Positions 36,211-50,529 of a stretch of 64,000 bases of DNA are shown piece after piece (within the stretch, counting starts at the first letter, position 1; each line of letters starts with the position of its first letter). Source of the stretch: Eledone cirrhosa (taxonomy: Eukaryota); NCBI GenBank assembly GCA_964016885.1, contig OZ024743.1, forward strand, positions 93,744,001 to 93,808,000. Direction: 5' to 3'. A program made the translations under genes and the position numbers. A model generated the notes under the pieces. The model was not told where the DNA came from and did not search any database. It saw only the letters and a list, made by a program, of their open reading frames with translations.

Positions 36211-38880
36211 AGGCGCTGCCCGTGGTGAAAGTTTTCGTGAGGGGAAAGCCACAGCGAGCCCTCGTGGACACGGGCTGTACGACGACACTGGTGACCGCGG
36301 GGGTGGCGCAGAGGTGGAGAGGGAAGAGCAGCGTAAGGGCAGTCGACGGCAGTAAAATTGAATGCCGAGGTCGCAGCGAGATGGAGATGGCGGTACGGGG
36401 AAAGAAAATAAGGCTTTCTGCCATCATAGTCGACAACGTGGTGGATGGGATCGGCGTAGTTATGGGCGTGGACGCAATTGGCCGTCTAGGAGGCGTCACA
36501 GTGAACAATGTCGGTGTGTCGTTTGGTGGTGCCGCATCGGTATGCGCTGTGAGTGCACGACAGGAGAACCAGAAGGCCCACGAGGAAAAATACCCCGCTT
36601 ACACTGTACAGGACAAAGACTTCAAGGCCATGTTCGATGGGCAGCGATGGGTTGTTGAGTGGTACTGGAAGGGAGAACCACCAACACTGAAGACCCAAGT
36701 GGGCTGCTATCAACACACATTGAAGGGAGACATTAGGAGCGAGTTCAAGCGAGAGGTAGAGAGATGGATTGAGGAGGGCATACTGCTTCCTTGGAAAGAG
36801 GAGGTGAAATGCGGAGTATTGCTGTTAATGGTGGTGGCGCAACCCACGAAGAACAAGGTGAGGCCAGTACTGGACTTTCGGGAGCTGAACGAGCACGTGC
36901 CATGCCACACGGGTGGCGAGGTCACCGATGTCTGTGGGGAAACCCTGCGTGAGTGGAGACGCATGACGGGGGCTTCTGCAATCGTCGATCTAAAGTCGGC
37001 ATACTTACAATTACACATAGCTGAGAAGCTCTGGCAGTATCAGCTGGTCAGATATAAGAGCCGGACATATTGCCTGACCAGGCTCGGTTTCGGGCTGAGC
37101 TCTGCACCGAAGATCATGGCGGCGGTCCTCAAGACCATTCTGGGAAAGGCCGACAAGATGAAGAGGGCCACTAATTCCTACATTGACGACATCCTAGTGG
37201 ATGAGTCTGTAGTGTCGGCGGCGGAGGTCACGAGCCATTTACAGGGGTATGGACTGGCTGCGAAGCCGTCAGAAGCGTTGGAGGGAGGAGCCACGCTGGG
37301 ACTTAGGCTACGGCGAGACACGATGGGCGTGTTAGTATTCCAAAGGGGAAATGAAGTTCCAGAACTGGGCCCAAGTATGAGTAGGCGGGTCACTACCCAA
37401 TTGCTGGGTGGCTCCGGACGGCATGCAGCTATGTTAAGAGATGAGCAGGAGGGGTGACTTGGAGTGACAGAGTGGGAGAGAGGACAGTGGCTAGGATGCA
37501 GGAGATTGTGGAGAGGGTGAAGGCCGACCACCCAGTGCGAGGATGCTGGTATGTTCCCAAATCGCAGAGCGGGACCGTATGGTGCGATGCCAGCAGCATA
37601 GTGTTGGGTGTCACGTTGGAGATAGGAGGTGTTGAGGTCGAGGATGCAGCCTGGCTTAGGAAGAAGGATGATTGCAATCACATCAATGTGGCCAAACTGG
37701 ACGCGGTGTGAACCTTGCCCTGAGGTGGGGACTGCGCACCATCGAGATACGCACCGACTCGGCTAGTGTACTCGGATGGGTGAAATCAGTGCTCACCAGT
37801 GAGAAGAGAGTGCGAACATGAGGGGCGACGGAGATGCTGATAAAGCGCCACCTGAGAACTTTAGGAGAGCTGGACACCAAGTTCGACCTGAGGCTGAGCG
37901 TAGTTTTCGTGCCCTCAGAGAAAAATAGGGCGGACGTTTTAACCAGGGTGAAGAAAGCCTGGATGGAAGCGCCGGAGGATGTAGAAGAGGAGATAGCTGC
38001 CGTGTGTCGGCTGACCGAGTCGGATCTGAAAGGGTTGCATGACATGCACCACATGGGAGTGGATAGGAGCCTGTTCCTTGCCAGGAGAATCGACTTGGAT
38101 GTTAACAGAGACAGTGTTCAAAGGGTGGTTAGAGGCTGCATCTGATGTCAGTCCATTGATCCTGCCCCGGGTGTGCATGAAACGAGAAGCCTCCCGGTGG
38201 ATCGTGACTGGAAGCGATTGGCGGTGGATGTAACGCACTACCGACAGGGAACGTACCTCTCAATGGTCGACTGTGGACCGGGATGGAGGGAGATGAAGAC
38301 TGGAACGGCCGAGGAAATAATGCGGGTGTTGAGAGAGGTGTTCTTGGAGCGGGGCCCTGTGGACGAACTGCTGATGGACAACAGCGCAGCGTTCCACTCG
38401 GAGGCGCTGAGAGAGATGCTCGATGGATGGAAGGTGGACCGTTTCTTCAGATCAGTGCACAGGCTGAGCGGGAATGGAATCGTGGAGCGACACCACCGGA
38501 CGATCAAAGCAATGGCGGAGTGGGGCCACATCTCACCAATGGAGGCAGTGTTCTGGTACAACATGTCTCCTCGGGTGGGACAGGTTGAGGAATCGGTGCC
38601 ACACAGAGCAGTATTCAGATACGAGTGACGGCACCCGTGCATGCCACCACAATGGCCAGTGGGGAGAGAGAATGCATTCGTGCAGGTGGGCGAAGAAGTC
38701 CGGGTTAAGCCCCCAGATGCACGTTGCACATCTCAATGGGGAAGGGGAACGGTGACGGCTGTAAATTCCTAGAACAATGTGTCCGTGGACGGAGTACCAC
38801 GTCATGTCCTGGATGCCCGTAGAATCACTGTGTCAACGGACTCCGAGGAAGAGGAAACCCAAAGTGCTGCCCCAAAGTGC
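36162..38880 (+). pseudogene. pol (protease, RT, RNase H, integrase), disrupted
   Basis: ALVDTGC; VDLKSAYLQ, RLGFGL and YIDDI; WCDAS and HINVAKLDAV; LHDMHHMG, AVDVT, LMDNS and GNGIVER. Confidence 0.92.
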
Positions 38881-40252
38881 TGCCCCAACACTGCGGAGAT
38901 CGCAAAGAAGTCGTAAACCACCAACCTGGACAGCAGACTTTCATATGCAGAAGGACAAGGGGGAAATTGATCCTTGAGATCAGGGGGGCATGTGGGTATG
39001 GTGTGGTGTGCAGTCACCGGAGGCTGGGGAGTGCTCGGCCGGAAGAGTGCTTGACCGGAAGGGCCAAGAGGTCTGCCTCTCTCTAGGGTGGTCAGCGAAT
39101 GTGGTGGACGTCAGTCTTGAAGCTCCCAGTTAACGAGTTGGATTGCACGCACTTGGGAGAGGAGAAACCAGCCATTGGATTAGCGGTGCCAGCGAAAGCG
39201 GTAAGTGATGTAGCTTTTTCTAACCACAATAATATTATAGATATATTTGTGTGTCTATACATATATCATCATCACCACCATTTTAAACTATTCTCTACGC
39301 TAGCATAGGTTAGATGAGTTGTCCTGTTGTGGGCAATGCAGGTCAGGTGACCATGTCTTGCACATACAGGACTGATTCTGGCTTGGTTTCTACAATTGGA
39401 TGCCCTTCCTAACGCCAACCTCATTTACAGTGTGAACTGAGTGCTTTTTGTCGTGACACCTACACAACCACTTTACAGTGTGGGCTGGGCACTTTTTGCC
39501 GTGTCACCATCACCACCACTTTACAGTGTGGGGCTCTCCTCATGGGAGTGTATGGGAGGTGGGTTGGGGCATACTGTATATATGCTTCAATTTGTGTCGG
39601 TGGGAAGTCAGGTCTTCTGTATTACTGCGTATCGCCAGAGATCTCGGTGCTGTGTCATTGCCTTTGAGAGGTGTAATTGGGCAAGGTCGGCTTTTATCAC
39701 CTCATGTTTCTAAAAAGTCTAAAGTCTGTCTCAAGCCCGAAGGAGGCTCTCAGGCTAGTGCTTATCCCAGTTGCTGTGGTATGAAATGACTGAGAGTACA
39801 ACACTAACCCATAGACAGGTCACTAGACTATTGCAGGTACTCATATTGCTGGTAGTTATTTTCAGTTGAGTATACCAGGCAACATGAAATGAAGTGTTTT
39901 GCTCAAGAACAGTCCAAGAATGAAACCCATGACATTATGATCATAAGTCCAACACCCTTACCACTAGGCCACACATTTCATGTTTCAGGCTATCAGAATT
40001 ACAGATATCATTTTATCCTATGCAGCTGCTGTGCCATGTTTTATTTCACAGTAAAAACTTTTGATTTTATATTTAAACTTTCACTTCCTTATCTGCTAGT
40101 TGCATATTTATTGATGTTTTTGCAATAATCCATTTCAACAGATCAATATTTAGATAACTAGCTGAAAATTAAATTTGAATTTAGTTATATTTAGTCTTTT
40201 TTGTGCACAAGCCTTCTGATATAGAATATGTATAGAATAGCCCTGGATTGTA

Positions 40253-40585
40253 AAGGCACATGGCTTAGTGGTTAGAGTGTTGGGTTTACAATTGTGAGGT
40301 TGTGAGTTTGATTCTTGGACCAGTCTTTGCATAGTGTCCTTGAGCAAGACACTTTATTTCATGTTGCTCCAGTTTATTCAGCTGTAGAAATGAGTTGCAA
40401 TGTCACAGGTACCAAGCTGTACTAGCCATTGCCTTTCACTTGGACAACCTCAATGATGTGGAGAGGGAAGGCATGGGCAACTACTGGTCTTCCACAACCA
40501 ACCTTGCCCAGACTTCTGCCTTGCGGGGGAACTTTCTAAGTGCAAATCCCATGGTTATTTGTGACCAAAGGAGGTCTTTACCTAG
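40253..40585 (+). mobile_element. tRNA-derived SINE with family B-type head
   Basis: GGCACATGGCTTAGTGGTTAGAG...GAGTTTGATTC...CCTTGAGCAAGACACTTTA. Related minus-strand copy at ~39740-39980. Confidence 0.8.
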
Positions 40586-41659
40586 AGCTTGATTTCAAAG
40601 AGTTACTACTCAATTTTTCTCCTCCATGCTTGGTGGGTGGCAGTGGAATACTGTTAGCTGAGAAATAGGTGTAAAAAGTAATTGAGGTAGTCAGGATGTG
40701 TAATAAATAGGATAATTAAACTTAAGCTAGCTATGGGCAATACATCAGCTACTATAATCTCAGCATACACTCCAGAAACTGGACTTGCAGACAATCAGAA
40801 GGATAACTTCTATTAAGTCATCTTACAGACTACTTCAGTGTCAAATGACAATGACCTCATTATCATGGCTGGTGACTTCAATGGCTATGTTTTGAAACAC
40901 AGTGATGAATTTCCTGATGTGCATGGAGGCTATGGCTTTGGCTATGGTACAAGAAATGAAGAGGGAGGCTAGATTCTGGAATTCTGTGTCATATACAATC
41001 TAATATTTGCAACATAAACTTCAGGAAACCAGCCAGCCACCTGATTTCTTACCAATCAGGGGAACTTACAAGCCAAATTGACTACATCCTCACCAGAAAA
41101 TGGGATAGGTGTATGGGAATAAATACTAAGTACCTCTCTGGGGAAGAATGTACCTCCCAACACAAATTAGTTATCAGTGACCTTAGGATAATGGCTAGAC
41201 GAACTTGGAGGCAGCAACCTATCTGCAGAAGGACATGAAAGCAAAACGTACCTTCAGCTGGTTACAAATTCAGAGAAATCCTACTTGATGCATGCAACAA
41301 TAAAGAAGTAGTGTTGGAGAACTATAGCATAGAGGAAAATTGGTAATTTCTACAAGACAACCTGCTGATGGTTACAGACCAGGTCTGTGGTTGTAGTAGG
41401 GTCCCAGTGGTGGGATGATAGCATAGATAGAGTCATAACAGCAAAGGGACAGACCTGTAAAAATGGGGGTCACAGAGAGCAACACCAAATCACTCATAGA
41501 GAGCTTAGGAGACAAGTATATTTAACAAGGAAAGAAGCAGAAAAGAAGTTTGTACTTGTTTTTCATCATGAGGTTCAGAGACATGAAGTATTCTGGATTG
41601 TGAGATAGTATATTAGAAAAACCGATATGTGTTTGGAGAAAAGTGTGCCAAAAATGCTA

Positions 41660-42025
41660 TTAACCCTTTAGTTGCCAAAACTGGCCAAAACTGTCTCTGG
41701 TTTTGTCAAATAAAACCACCTAGTTTAAAGGTTTCCAATTTAAATAAAAAATCTTCCAACATAATTTTATATAAGAGCCTACTATCTTAGTAATGAAAAA
41801 ATTAATAGTTTTAGTAAATCCCTAAAAATTCTTAATTAATTAATTAAAATAGAGGGGTTTTAAAAAAAATATAGCCATGAAAGGGTTAACCCTTTAGCAT
41901 TTACATTAATCCATATATACTATTGTATTTTCATGGTAAAGGCTTTATCCCATAATAATCTCACATAATATTGAATTCATGAGATTTTGATATTGTTTAT
42001 TTTGAGAACAATACCTTAACATTAG
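41660..42025 (+). mobile_element. Two abutting TTAA-flanked MITEs sharing one TTAA (second truncated)
   Basis: TTAACCCTTTAGTTG...AAAGGGTTAA then CCCTTTAGCATTTAC. Confidence 0.75.
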
Positions 42026-42029
42026 CTGC

Positions 42030-45000
42030 ACAGTCTGCCGAGAAATGATTTAGGCTCTGGTCAATTTGGAGCATATCGGGGATGGCACTCCATCTAACCT
42101 CTTACGTTGAATGAAAGACCTAACAGAAGGGTCTGTAGCGGAAACCCGCGATGTTGAAGCAGTTGTTTTTCTCGCGTCTACCGACCAACGTCCAAGTAAT
42201 TTTGGCGCCCATTAGGGATACATGCACTGTCGACCAACTTGCCACCTCTGCGGACAAGGTTTTTGAGGTCACGGGCGCTGGAGGCAGCGAGGCCCTTGCC
42301 ACTGTTTCTCACCCAGCTCAGGCCACATCTGGCCATGCCACCTGTGCAGCAACTCATACAGACAGCGCAGCTATAATGGCTATGCAGAAAGCCATTCAGG
42401 AACTCACTCTGGAGCTACAGAAACTGAAGGCCTCTAGTGGTGCTCGTTTGTGCTCATGCAGCCACGGTAGATCTTACTCTTTTAGACGCCACTCCAGGTC
42501 ACCAGCTTCATCTTTATGCTGGTACCACGAGCGTTTTGCCGAGAACACAAACCATTGTGTGCAATCTTGTTCGTTTCTGAAGTCAGGAAATATTAGAGAG
42601 GTGCGCTGACGGTGGCAGCTAACCTCAGAATAAAGCCACCAAACGGACCTTAGGTCCAGAAGAGGCTTCCTCGTGGATACAGGAGCCTCCTGTAGTATTT
42701 AGCCGGTCCATTGCCTAAAAGATACCCCCGTGGAGTCATCCATTACTCTGCAGGCCGTTAACCACTCCCCTATAAAGATGGACAAATTTCGCTTCCTCTC
42801 AAATTCCAAAATCTTCATAGGGATTTTAAATGGATTTTTACGGTCGCTGACTTGCCATACCCAATCTTAGGAGCAGATTTCCTCCACAATTTCTCCTTGA
42901 CTGTGGATGTCCGAGGCCAACGTCTGGTGGATGACATCACCAGTTTTTCAATTCGTGGCCAAAAAGCCAATGCTTCAACAGTCAGCCCAATATTCTTCAT
43001 CGCTGCCACTGGAGACGCCTACCATTCGTTATTAGGTTCGTTCCTGGAGCTCACCGATGGAAATTTTCGAGTTACTAAGCCAACTCACTCAACCGAACAT
43101 TTTATTTCCACAACCGGTGCTCCAGTATTTTCACGTCCAAATAAAGGCAGCACGGTCGGAGTTCGACCATATGCTGCAGCTGGGCATTATTCGCCCATCT
43201 ACGAGTCCTTGGGCTTCACCATTACATATGGTGCCCAAGACTTCTGGCGACTGGAGACCCACTGGCGATTATAGGAGGTTAAACGCTATGACCGTCTCGG
43301 ATAGATATCCGATTCCCCATCTCCAGGATTTCGCATCTTCATTGCAGGGTAGTAAGATTTTCTCCAAACTCGATTTAGTGCGAGCTTACCACCAAATTCC
43401 GGCCAGCAAGGAAGACATCCCGAAAACAGCTATTACGACTCCTTTCGGATCCTTCGAATTTTTTACCATGCCGGGACGTAGGAATGCCGCTAGCACTTTT
43501 CAGCGGTTCATAGACAAAGTCACTCGTGGTCTGGCCTTCGTTTATGCATATATAGATGATCTTCTCGTTGCTCGTCCCTCTCCAGAAGAGCATATGTGTC
43601 ACCTGAACCTTTTATTTCACCGACTCCAGGATTACCGTGTTTGAGTGAATCCCGCAAAGTGTGTTTTCGGATCCGCTTCACTGAATTTTTTTGGCCACCT
43701 CATCAACGCAGAGAGTGTCCACCCCCTTCCTCAGCGAGTTAAAGCTATACAGGATCTATCTCCACCTACCACACTTCACCAGTTGCGTCACTTCTTAGGC
43801 CTAATCAATTTTTATAGACGTTTCGTTCCTCAATGTTCAAAATTATTATCTTCCCTTACCGAGATTTTGAAAAATCGTCGTAAGAAGAATGAAGATATTT
43901 CCTTGACACAAAGACAACTCAAAGATTTCCAGACTGCCAAGACAGCACTTGCTAATTCATCTTTGCTAGCCCACCCAGTACCAGAGGCCAAGCTTTCTCT
44001 TTGTGTTGATGCATCTGATACCGCTGTGGGAGCAGTTTTACAACAGTATAACGCTGGAAACCAACAACCTTTGGCATTTTTCTCCAGGAAGCTGAAACCA
44101 GCAGAAACTCGTTACAGCACGTTTGGTCCGGAGTTATTAGCCATATATCAGTCGTTGAAACATTTTTCTCATATTCTTGAGGGAAGAACTTTTACGGTTT
44201 TCACTGACCACAAACCTCTGACCTTCGCTTTGAGGGCTAAAGCCGACAAATATTCACCCAGAGAGACAAGGCACCTTGATTACATTTCGTAGTTTACAAA
44301 TGATATACAGCACATTGCTGGTTCACTAAACACAGCTGCAGACGCCTTGTCACGCTTGCCAATCAGCTCGATTTCATCATCCCAGGAGATAGATTTAACT
44401 CGTTTGGCAGCAGACCAACCTGCACTTGAATCGTTGGACACTTCATCACCCGAGTTTGCGACTTCCAACTTGAAATATCTGCCCTTGTCGACTACCGACA
44501 GGCAGATCCTCTGCGACATATCTACGGATTCACCACGACCTTATTTTCCCGAGACTCACCGTCGAATTGTGTTCCTTGCTTTGCACAGCATTTCTCACCC
44601 AGGATCTTCACCCACAGTAAAGCTCATAACGGCTAGATTTTTCTGACCAAATATGAGGCGAGAAATTACTGCCTGGTGCCGTTCCTGCACACAGTGTCAG
44701 AGATCTAAAGTCCACAGATACATCCGAACTCCACTAGGTACTTTCAGTACTCCGGATGCTCGTTTTCAACACAACCACATCGATATCATTGGACCTTGGT
44801 CATTCAGTAGTGGATATTCTTACCTTTTGACCTGCATCGATCGTTTTTCGTGATGGCCTGAAGCCATCCTCTTGACGGACATTACCGCTGAGACTATAGC
44901 GCATGCCCTGGTTTCAGGGTGGATTGCCCGCTATACCGTGCCTACCACAATTACCACAGACCGTGGTAGACAATTTGAATCTCATCTCTTCTCAGAGCTG

Positions 45001-46410
45001 ACAAAAATCATTGGTGCTCAACGAATCCGCACCACAGCTTATCATCCTGCTTCGAACGGAATGGTGGAACGTTTTCACCGCCAATTAAAGGCCACTCTTC
45101 GCGCCTACCTAGACTCTTTACATTGGAGTGAGTACCTTCCTATTGTGTTATTAGGAATTTGGTCATCAATAAAGCAGGACCTTGGGTTCTCCCTGGCCAA
45201 ATTACTGTATGGTGCTCCTCTACCGTTGCCTGGACAAATGCTTGCTGCTGTTGATCTTGCTTTTCAGGATCCTCTTTCCTATGTATCTCGTTTACGTTCC
45301 TATTTTCAGGACCTACCACCTATGAATACTAGAAACAAACAGTTAAAACTGCAGTCCCGAGGGATATTGCCTCGTGGACACATGTCTTCGTCAGAAACGA
45401 CACCGTTACTCCACCCCTCACACAGCCGTACTCTGGACCCTACCGTGTATTATCACACACTGACAAACATTTCACTGTAGACATTAAGGGATCCAGAGAG
45501 ACAATTTCGGTGGATAGAGTAAAAAGGGCATACACTGACGCTCATACACCTGAGCCACAAATACCCCAATCCTTCTCTATTGTGCATACAACTGCTCCTT
45601 CTTCCCCACTTCACCTACATACAAGACCACGACCCGTTCCGGTCAAAGAGTCCACTGGCCCATAAAACTCTGTCAGACATTTTTTATATGAACTGGCCAC
45701 TGGAGCCTTTTGTTTTTCTTTTTCATTGTATTATGTATGCATGTACTTTTTGATTTTTTGTTACTGTTTCATACCTTTGCTTGGAACCCATTCTTGGGGG
45801 TTCGCTACAATTACCTATCGACTGGAGGAGGGTATTGTAGTGACCCCTAGTGGTGGAATCCAGAACTCATAGGAGTTACATCCCTTTGGGATGGTAGTGA
45901 CCTCTAGTGTCACCTACAAGAGGTAATCAGAGTTACGCCCCTTGGGGACTGTAGTGACTCCTTGTGTAAACAACAGAAGTAAATGGAGTTATGTCCCCAT
46001 GGGGACTATATATTGAGACTGCCAAAAAGCTCTTTCTCTCTTCTCGACGCAGCGGCCTTGGAGAACGGGCGACTTCGCCCACGCCACTCCAACGCTCTCT
46101 TTCGCTCCTTCACTCTGATTAGCGATGTAGCAGCCCTGGAGAACGGAGCCGATTTCACCCACGACACGTGTGGAGGCAAATACCAAACTACTCCAGTGAA
46201 CATGTTAAGAGCCTTCTCTCTCCAAGAACAAACTCCAGCACATACTTTGGTCTCAATCACTCAGCTACCTGAAACATCAACAACCTCTGTATCTCCGGTA
46301 ACTTATATATTGTTCTCTTTTGACTTCCTCGAAGTAAACCTATCTACAAACAAAGAAAATCAGCCTTTCATGTTATTTCTAAAACTGTAATAAATATATA
46401 TATAACTTCA
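42030..46410 (+). mobile_element. Ty3/Gypsy element (CsRN1-like), 5' end deleted, 3' LTR ~45836-46410
   Basis: gag CWYH.RF...C; PR LVDTGA; [14 protein letters not shown] and YIDD; RH VDASD and TDHKPL; IN TTDRG.QF and NGMVERFHR; polypurine tract GGAGGAGGG then TGTAG. Confidence 0.93.
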
Positions 46411-47489
46411 ATCATCTAAAAAAGCATTTGCCCAGACTGATGCAGAAAAGAAAGAGAGATAGAAGTCCTATAGTGAGAGATTGTTGAATAAAGAGAATGA
46501 ATGGGACAGTGAGGACCAATCACATGTAGACCCAACTGAGAGACCAGCTATGAAAGTTGACAGCAGTGTGTTAGACAAAGCGACTAAGGGTATGAAGGTA
46601 AGGATGGCAGCTAGACCACCCAGTATAATTGCTGAGAAGCTAAAAACATACATCATGATAAGTTACGAGCCAGTTAGGTGCATAATTTAATCAAGTAGTA
46701 CAGGAGGGTATCATATCCAGTTACTGGTGCAGTAATATCATCGTAAATTGCTACTAGAGAGAAGTAGCTACAAAGTCAACTAGAATCAAGCTAGGTGAGA
46801 TGCAATTTGGCTTTATGCCATTGGAGATACTTCAAATGTCCTTTTCTCTGCAGAAGTACTTAGCTAAGAAAAAGTCTCTGTACCTAGTATTCATTGATCT
46901 AGAGAAGGCCTATAGCAATGTATCTCATTCTGTAATCTGCTGAGTGCTTAGGAAGCTAAGTGTAGACGAATGGCTTGTGAGGTCCATACAATGCATGCAT
47001 GGAGGCACAACTAGTAAAGTGAGAGCTGGCAATGAGTACAGTAATGAATTTGAAGTGTAGAAGGGGGTCTGCCAGAGCTCAGTCCTCAGTGTACTTCTGT
47101 TCATCCTTGCTCTTGAGACCATAATAAACGAGTTTAAGACTCATTGTCCATAGAAGCCCTTGTATGCTGATAATCTACTCCTTATAACTGAATCCATGAA
47201 AGAGTTAGTAGTGAAATTCCAGACATGGAAGAAAAATCTAGAATCAAAAAGCCTAAACGTAAACTTGGTAAAAACTAAAGACTTGATAAGTAGAAAAGAA
47301 AACAGGATTCTGATACCATCTGGGAAATGGCCTTGTTTGGTATGCCAAAAAGGGATGGGCAGAAACTCCATAAGGTGCACCCAATGTAATCTATGAATGC
47401 ACGAGAGATGCAGTGAGGTTACAGATAAACTAACAGAGAAGATAGACTTTGTATTCAATGAATGTGAAGGAGAAAGAAACACTCTAGAG

Positions 47490-48019
47490 TAGGGATCCCC
47501 AAACTGTGGCCCTAGAGCTGCATGCGGCTCTTAAGGATGTTCAGTGTAGCCCTCGGAACAAGATAAGAATTATGCTCTTATCCAGCAGATTGCAGGTACC
47601 CAGCAACTGCATGATAGAATTTTTTGCTGTTTCAAATATTTGAACCAATTTTTATATACATTCAAACCTCTTTGCAAAGTAGTAGTAGTAGTAGTAATTG
47701 AAATAATCTATATTATAAAAAGAAATCTGTTTCTCTGTCTCTCTGTCTGTCCGTCACACTTCATATGTATATATATGTGTGCGCGTGTGTACGGAAAAAT
47801 TCAACATATAGGCAATGTGACTTCAAGAAAGGACAAAAAAACGTGTGTGTGTCTGTATTTTTTCATGCCCTTCAACATATAGATAATGCAACAGACTTCA
47901 AAAGAATTTCTTGGTAAAAATGTGTCTAATGAGTTTTAATTGAAAAACGTGAACTGTCTTTGATAGTATGGATAATTCTAATATGTGGCCCTTTCGTGCA
48001 AAAAGGTAGGGGACCTCTG
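47490..48019 (+). mobile_element. hAT MITE
   Basis: 8-bp TSD CTCTAGAG on both sides; TIR TAGGGATCCCCAAAC/GGTAGGGGACCTCTG. Confidence 0.9.
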
Positions 48020-50127
48020 CTCTAGAGTATATGTGAAATATATTCCCTTAAGTGTCTGGGAAGCTCTGTAGTGGTTGTGGAAACTTTTGTTACCTATGGG
48101 ACCTAATCAGCAGTTGAGGAGGTTGCTCTGAATGTGTAGTAGCCAGAGTAAGAATAGGCTGGAAGAAACTCAGAGATCTAGTACTATAGCTAACAAATAC
48201 AGGATTCCCTTCAGTGTGAAAAGTAGACTGTGTGATGACTGCATGTGGACTGCAATGCTACATGACAGCAAGACATGGGCCTTGATTGCAGAAGATCTTT
48301 GAAGACTGGAATGAAATAAGGCTAATATGCCCTGGTGGATGTGTAATCTTAGTGTGTATGAATATGGCAGTGTAAGTGAACTGAAAGAAAATCTTGGCTT
48401 AAGAGGAATCCAATGTAGTGTGGAAGGAAGGAGACTGCATTGGTATAGACATATTATTCATATGGAAGATAACAGTTGTATAAAGAAGTGCAGAGAAATC
48501 TCAGTGGTTGGGACTCCTGGAAGACATAGGATGAAGTAGTGAAGATCAACCATAGGAAACTGAATCACAAAGGATTGGTGATATACAATACTGAAGAAGA
48601 CTTGCCTACCAGTATAAAAATGTGACCCGATCCATTCACGCCCACCCCCTCCACTACCACTCATTAATTAAAATCATCACAGTACACCCACTCCAAATCC
48701 AACTCTATTCAAGTTCACACCATTCTCCTCATAAATCTTAACATTCCAGAATTCATAACTATTGGGAATCACCACTCTGCCACTCATCAATATCAAATTC
48801 CATCACACTTGTCATATACCTATTACACACTTTCTTATCCCACCTCTATCTGCCAAGCACCCATGGCATTATACTTGTTATTCCCCTATTATTCATCCTC
48901 ACCCCCATCCTGTAGAGAAGGTGCTTCAGTTGAATAACTGACCAACAACCTCCCTAGTGCTGGTGCCATGATAAAACACACCCAATATACTTTGTAAAGT
49001 AGCTTTCAGCTATAGAAAACCTTGCCAAAATGGGTTGAGAGGACTCATCAGTCATGATACAGCAATCACTCTACATGGAGCTGGTTCCACAAAAGAATGC
49101 ATCCAGTACACACAGTGATGTGGTTGGTAATTGGAAGGACATCTAGCTATAGAAAATATGTCAAAGAGTTGAGAAGACTGTTCGGTTGTATCAAGGGCAC
49201 AACAACCTCTCTATTGTTGGTGACACTATAAAATGCATTCAGTAAACTCTTAAAGTTGTTGGTGATAGAAAGAGCATCCAACTAGAGAAAACTGACAAAA
49301 CAAAATGATGAGAGGGCCCTTCAATTGTGTGAAAGACATGACAACCTTTCTAATGCTGGTGCCATGATAAAATGGGATATAAGCAAGATGCAACCCCCAG
49401 GCCATTTGAGAGATCAGTAACTAAAATTAAGTACAGACTCAGTCTGTAACATCTTGTCTAACCCTTGTTAGCAGGCAAAACAGACATTAAATTATGATTA
49501 TATATACATAATCATTATTTTTGCAGTATCGGTAGAGGGTCAGATGCCATGCTTTGACGCATAGAGTTACGGCACTTGCCATTCTGAGTTCAAATCCCGC
49601 CGAGGTTAACTTTGCCTTTCATCCTTACGGCGTTGATAAAATAAAGTACCAGTAATACACTGGGTAATTGCTGGCCTTGTGCCGAAAGTAGAAACAATTA
49701 TTTTTGTATCTATCCTTTGTGATCCTGTCTCTATTTTGTATTCCTGAAGAAGGGCTAAAGCTGATACGTTGAACTTTCTTTCCCGCATTCCATATGAAGC
49801 ATGAGATTAATAAGACTTTTTGTACCTCTGTTTTGTCATTTCCTTGAACTATATATATATATATCATCCTCATCATCCTTGTCATTGTAACGTCCGCTTT
49901 CCCTGCTAGCAAGGGTTGGACATATCCATATAGATCAAGTCAGTACTGAAGTGGAGCCGCTGATCTCCCAGGCAGGCCAGGGACCTGTGCACTTATGTAT
50001 GGTCTCACATTACATCAAGTGCTCAGGAGAGGTTGTCATACATTTGACACAACTGAGGGTCTTCCCAACCCTTTGTTTGGCAAGATTTCTATGGCTAGAT
50101 GCCCTTCCTATCACCAACCACTTTAAA

Positions 50128-50167
<40 letters not shown>

Positions 50168-50529
50168 TCATCATCATTTAACGTCCATTTTCCATGCTAG
50201 CATGGGTTAGACGGGTTGCCCTGTTGTGAGACAAGCCAGGTCTGATGACCATGACTTGCTCATACAGGACTGGTTGTGGCTTGGTTTCTACGGCAGAATG
50301 CCCTTCATAACACCAACCACATTTACAGTGTGGGCTGGGCACGTTTTGCATGTCACCATCACAACCATTTTACAGTGTAGGCTGTAGGCTTCACTGGATG
50401 AATAATTCAGCTTTTCCTCATAGGAGATGTATTTGAATGGGTGTGGTGTTGTGGTACATAATATATATATGCCTCAGCTTCAGCCTGTGCCCATGGGAAG
50501 TCAGGTTTACTGTGTTACTGCATAGCACC

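Larger units (their letters stand above)
35067..39228 (+). mobile_element. Compact full-length LTR retrotransposon with Ty3/Gypsy domain order, mildly decayed
   Basis: TG..CA LTRs at 35067-35320 and 38991-39228; 5-bp TSD ATAAT; polypurine tract before the 3' LTR; order gag-PR-RT-RH-IN. Confidence 0.97.
40640..48605 (+). mobile_element. Old near-full-length RTE LINE hosting nested insertions
   Basis: Endonuclease region ~40640-41655; resumes ~46415 with RT (YADN) to ~48600; interrupted by MITEs, a Gypsy element and a hAT MITE. Confidence 0.85.
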
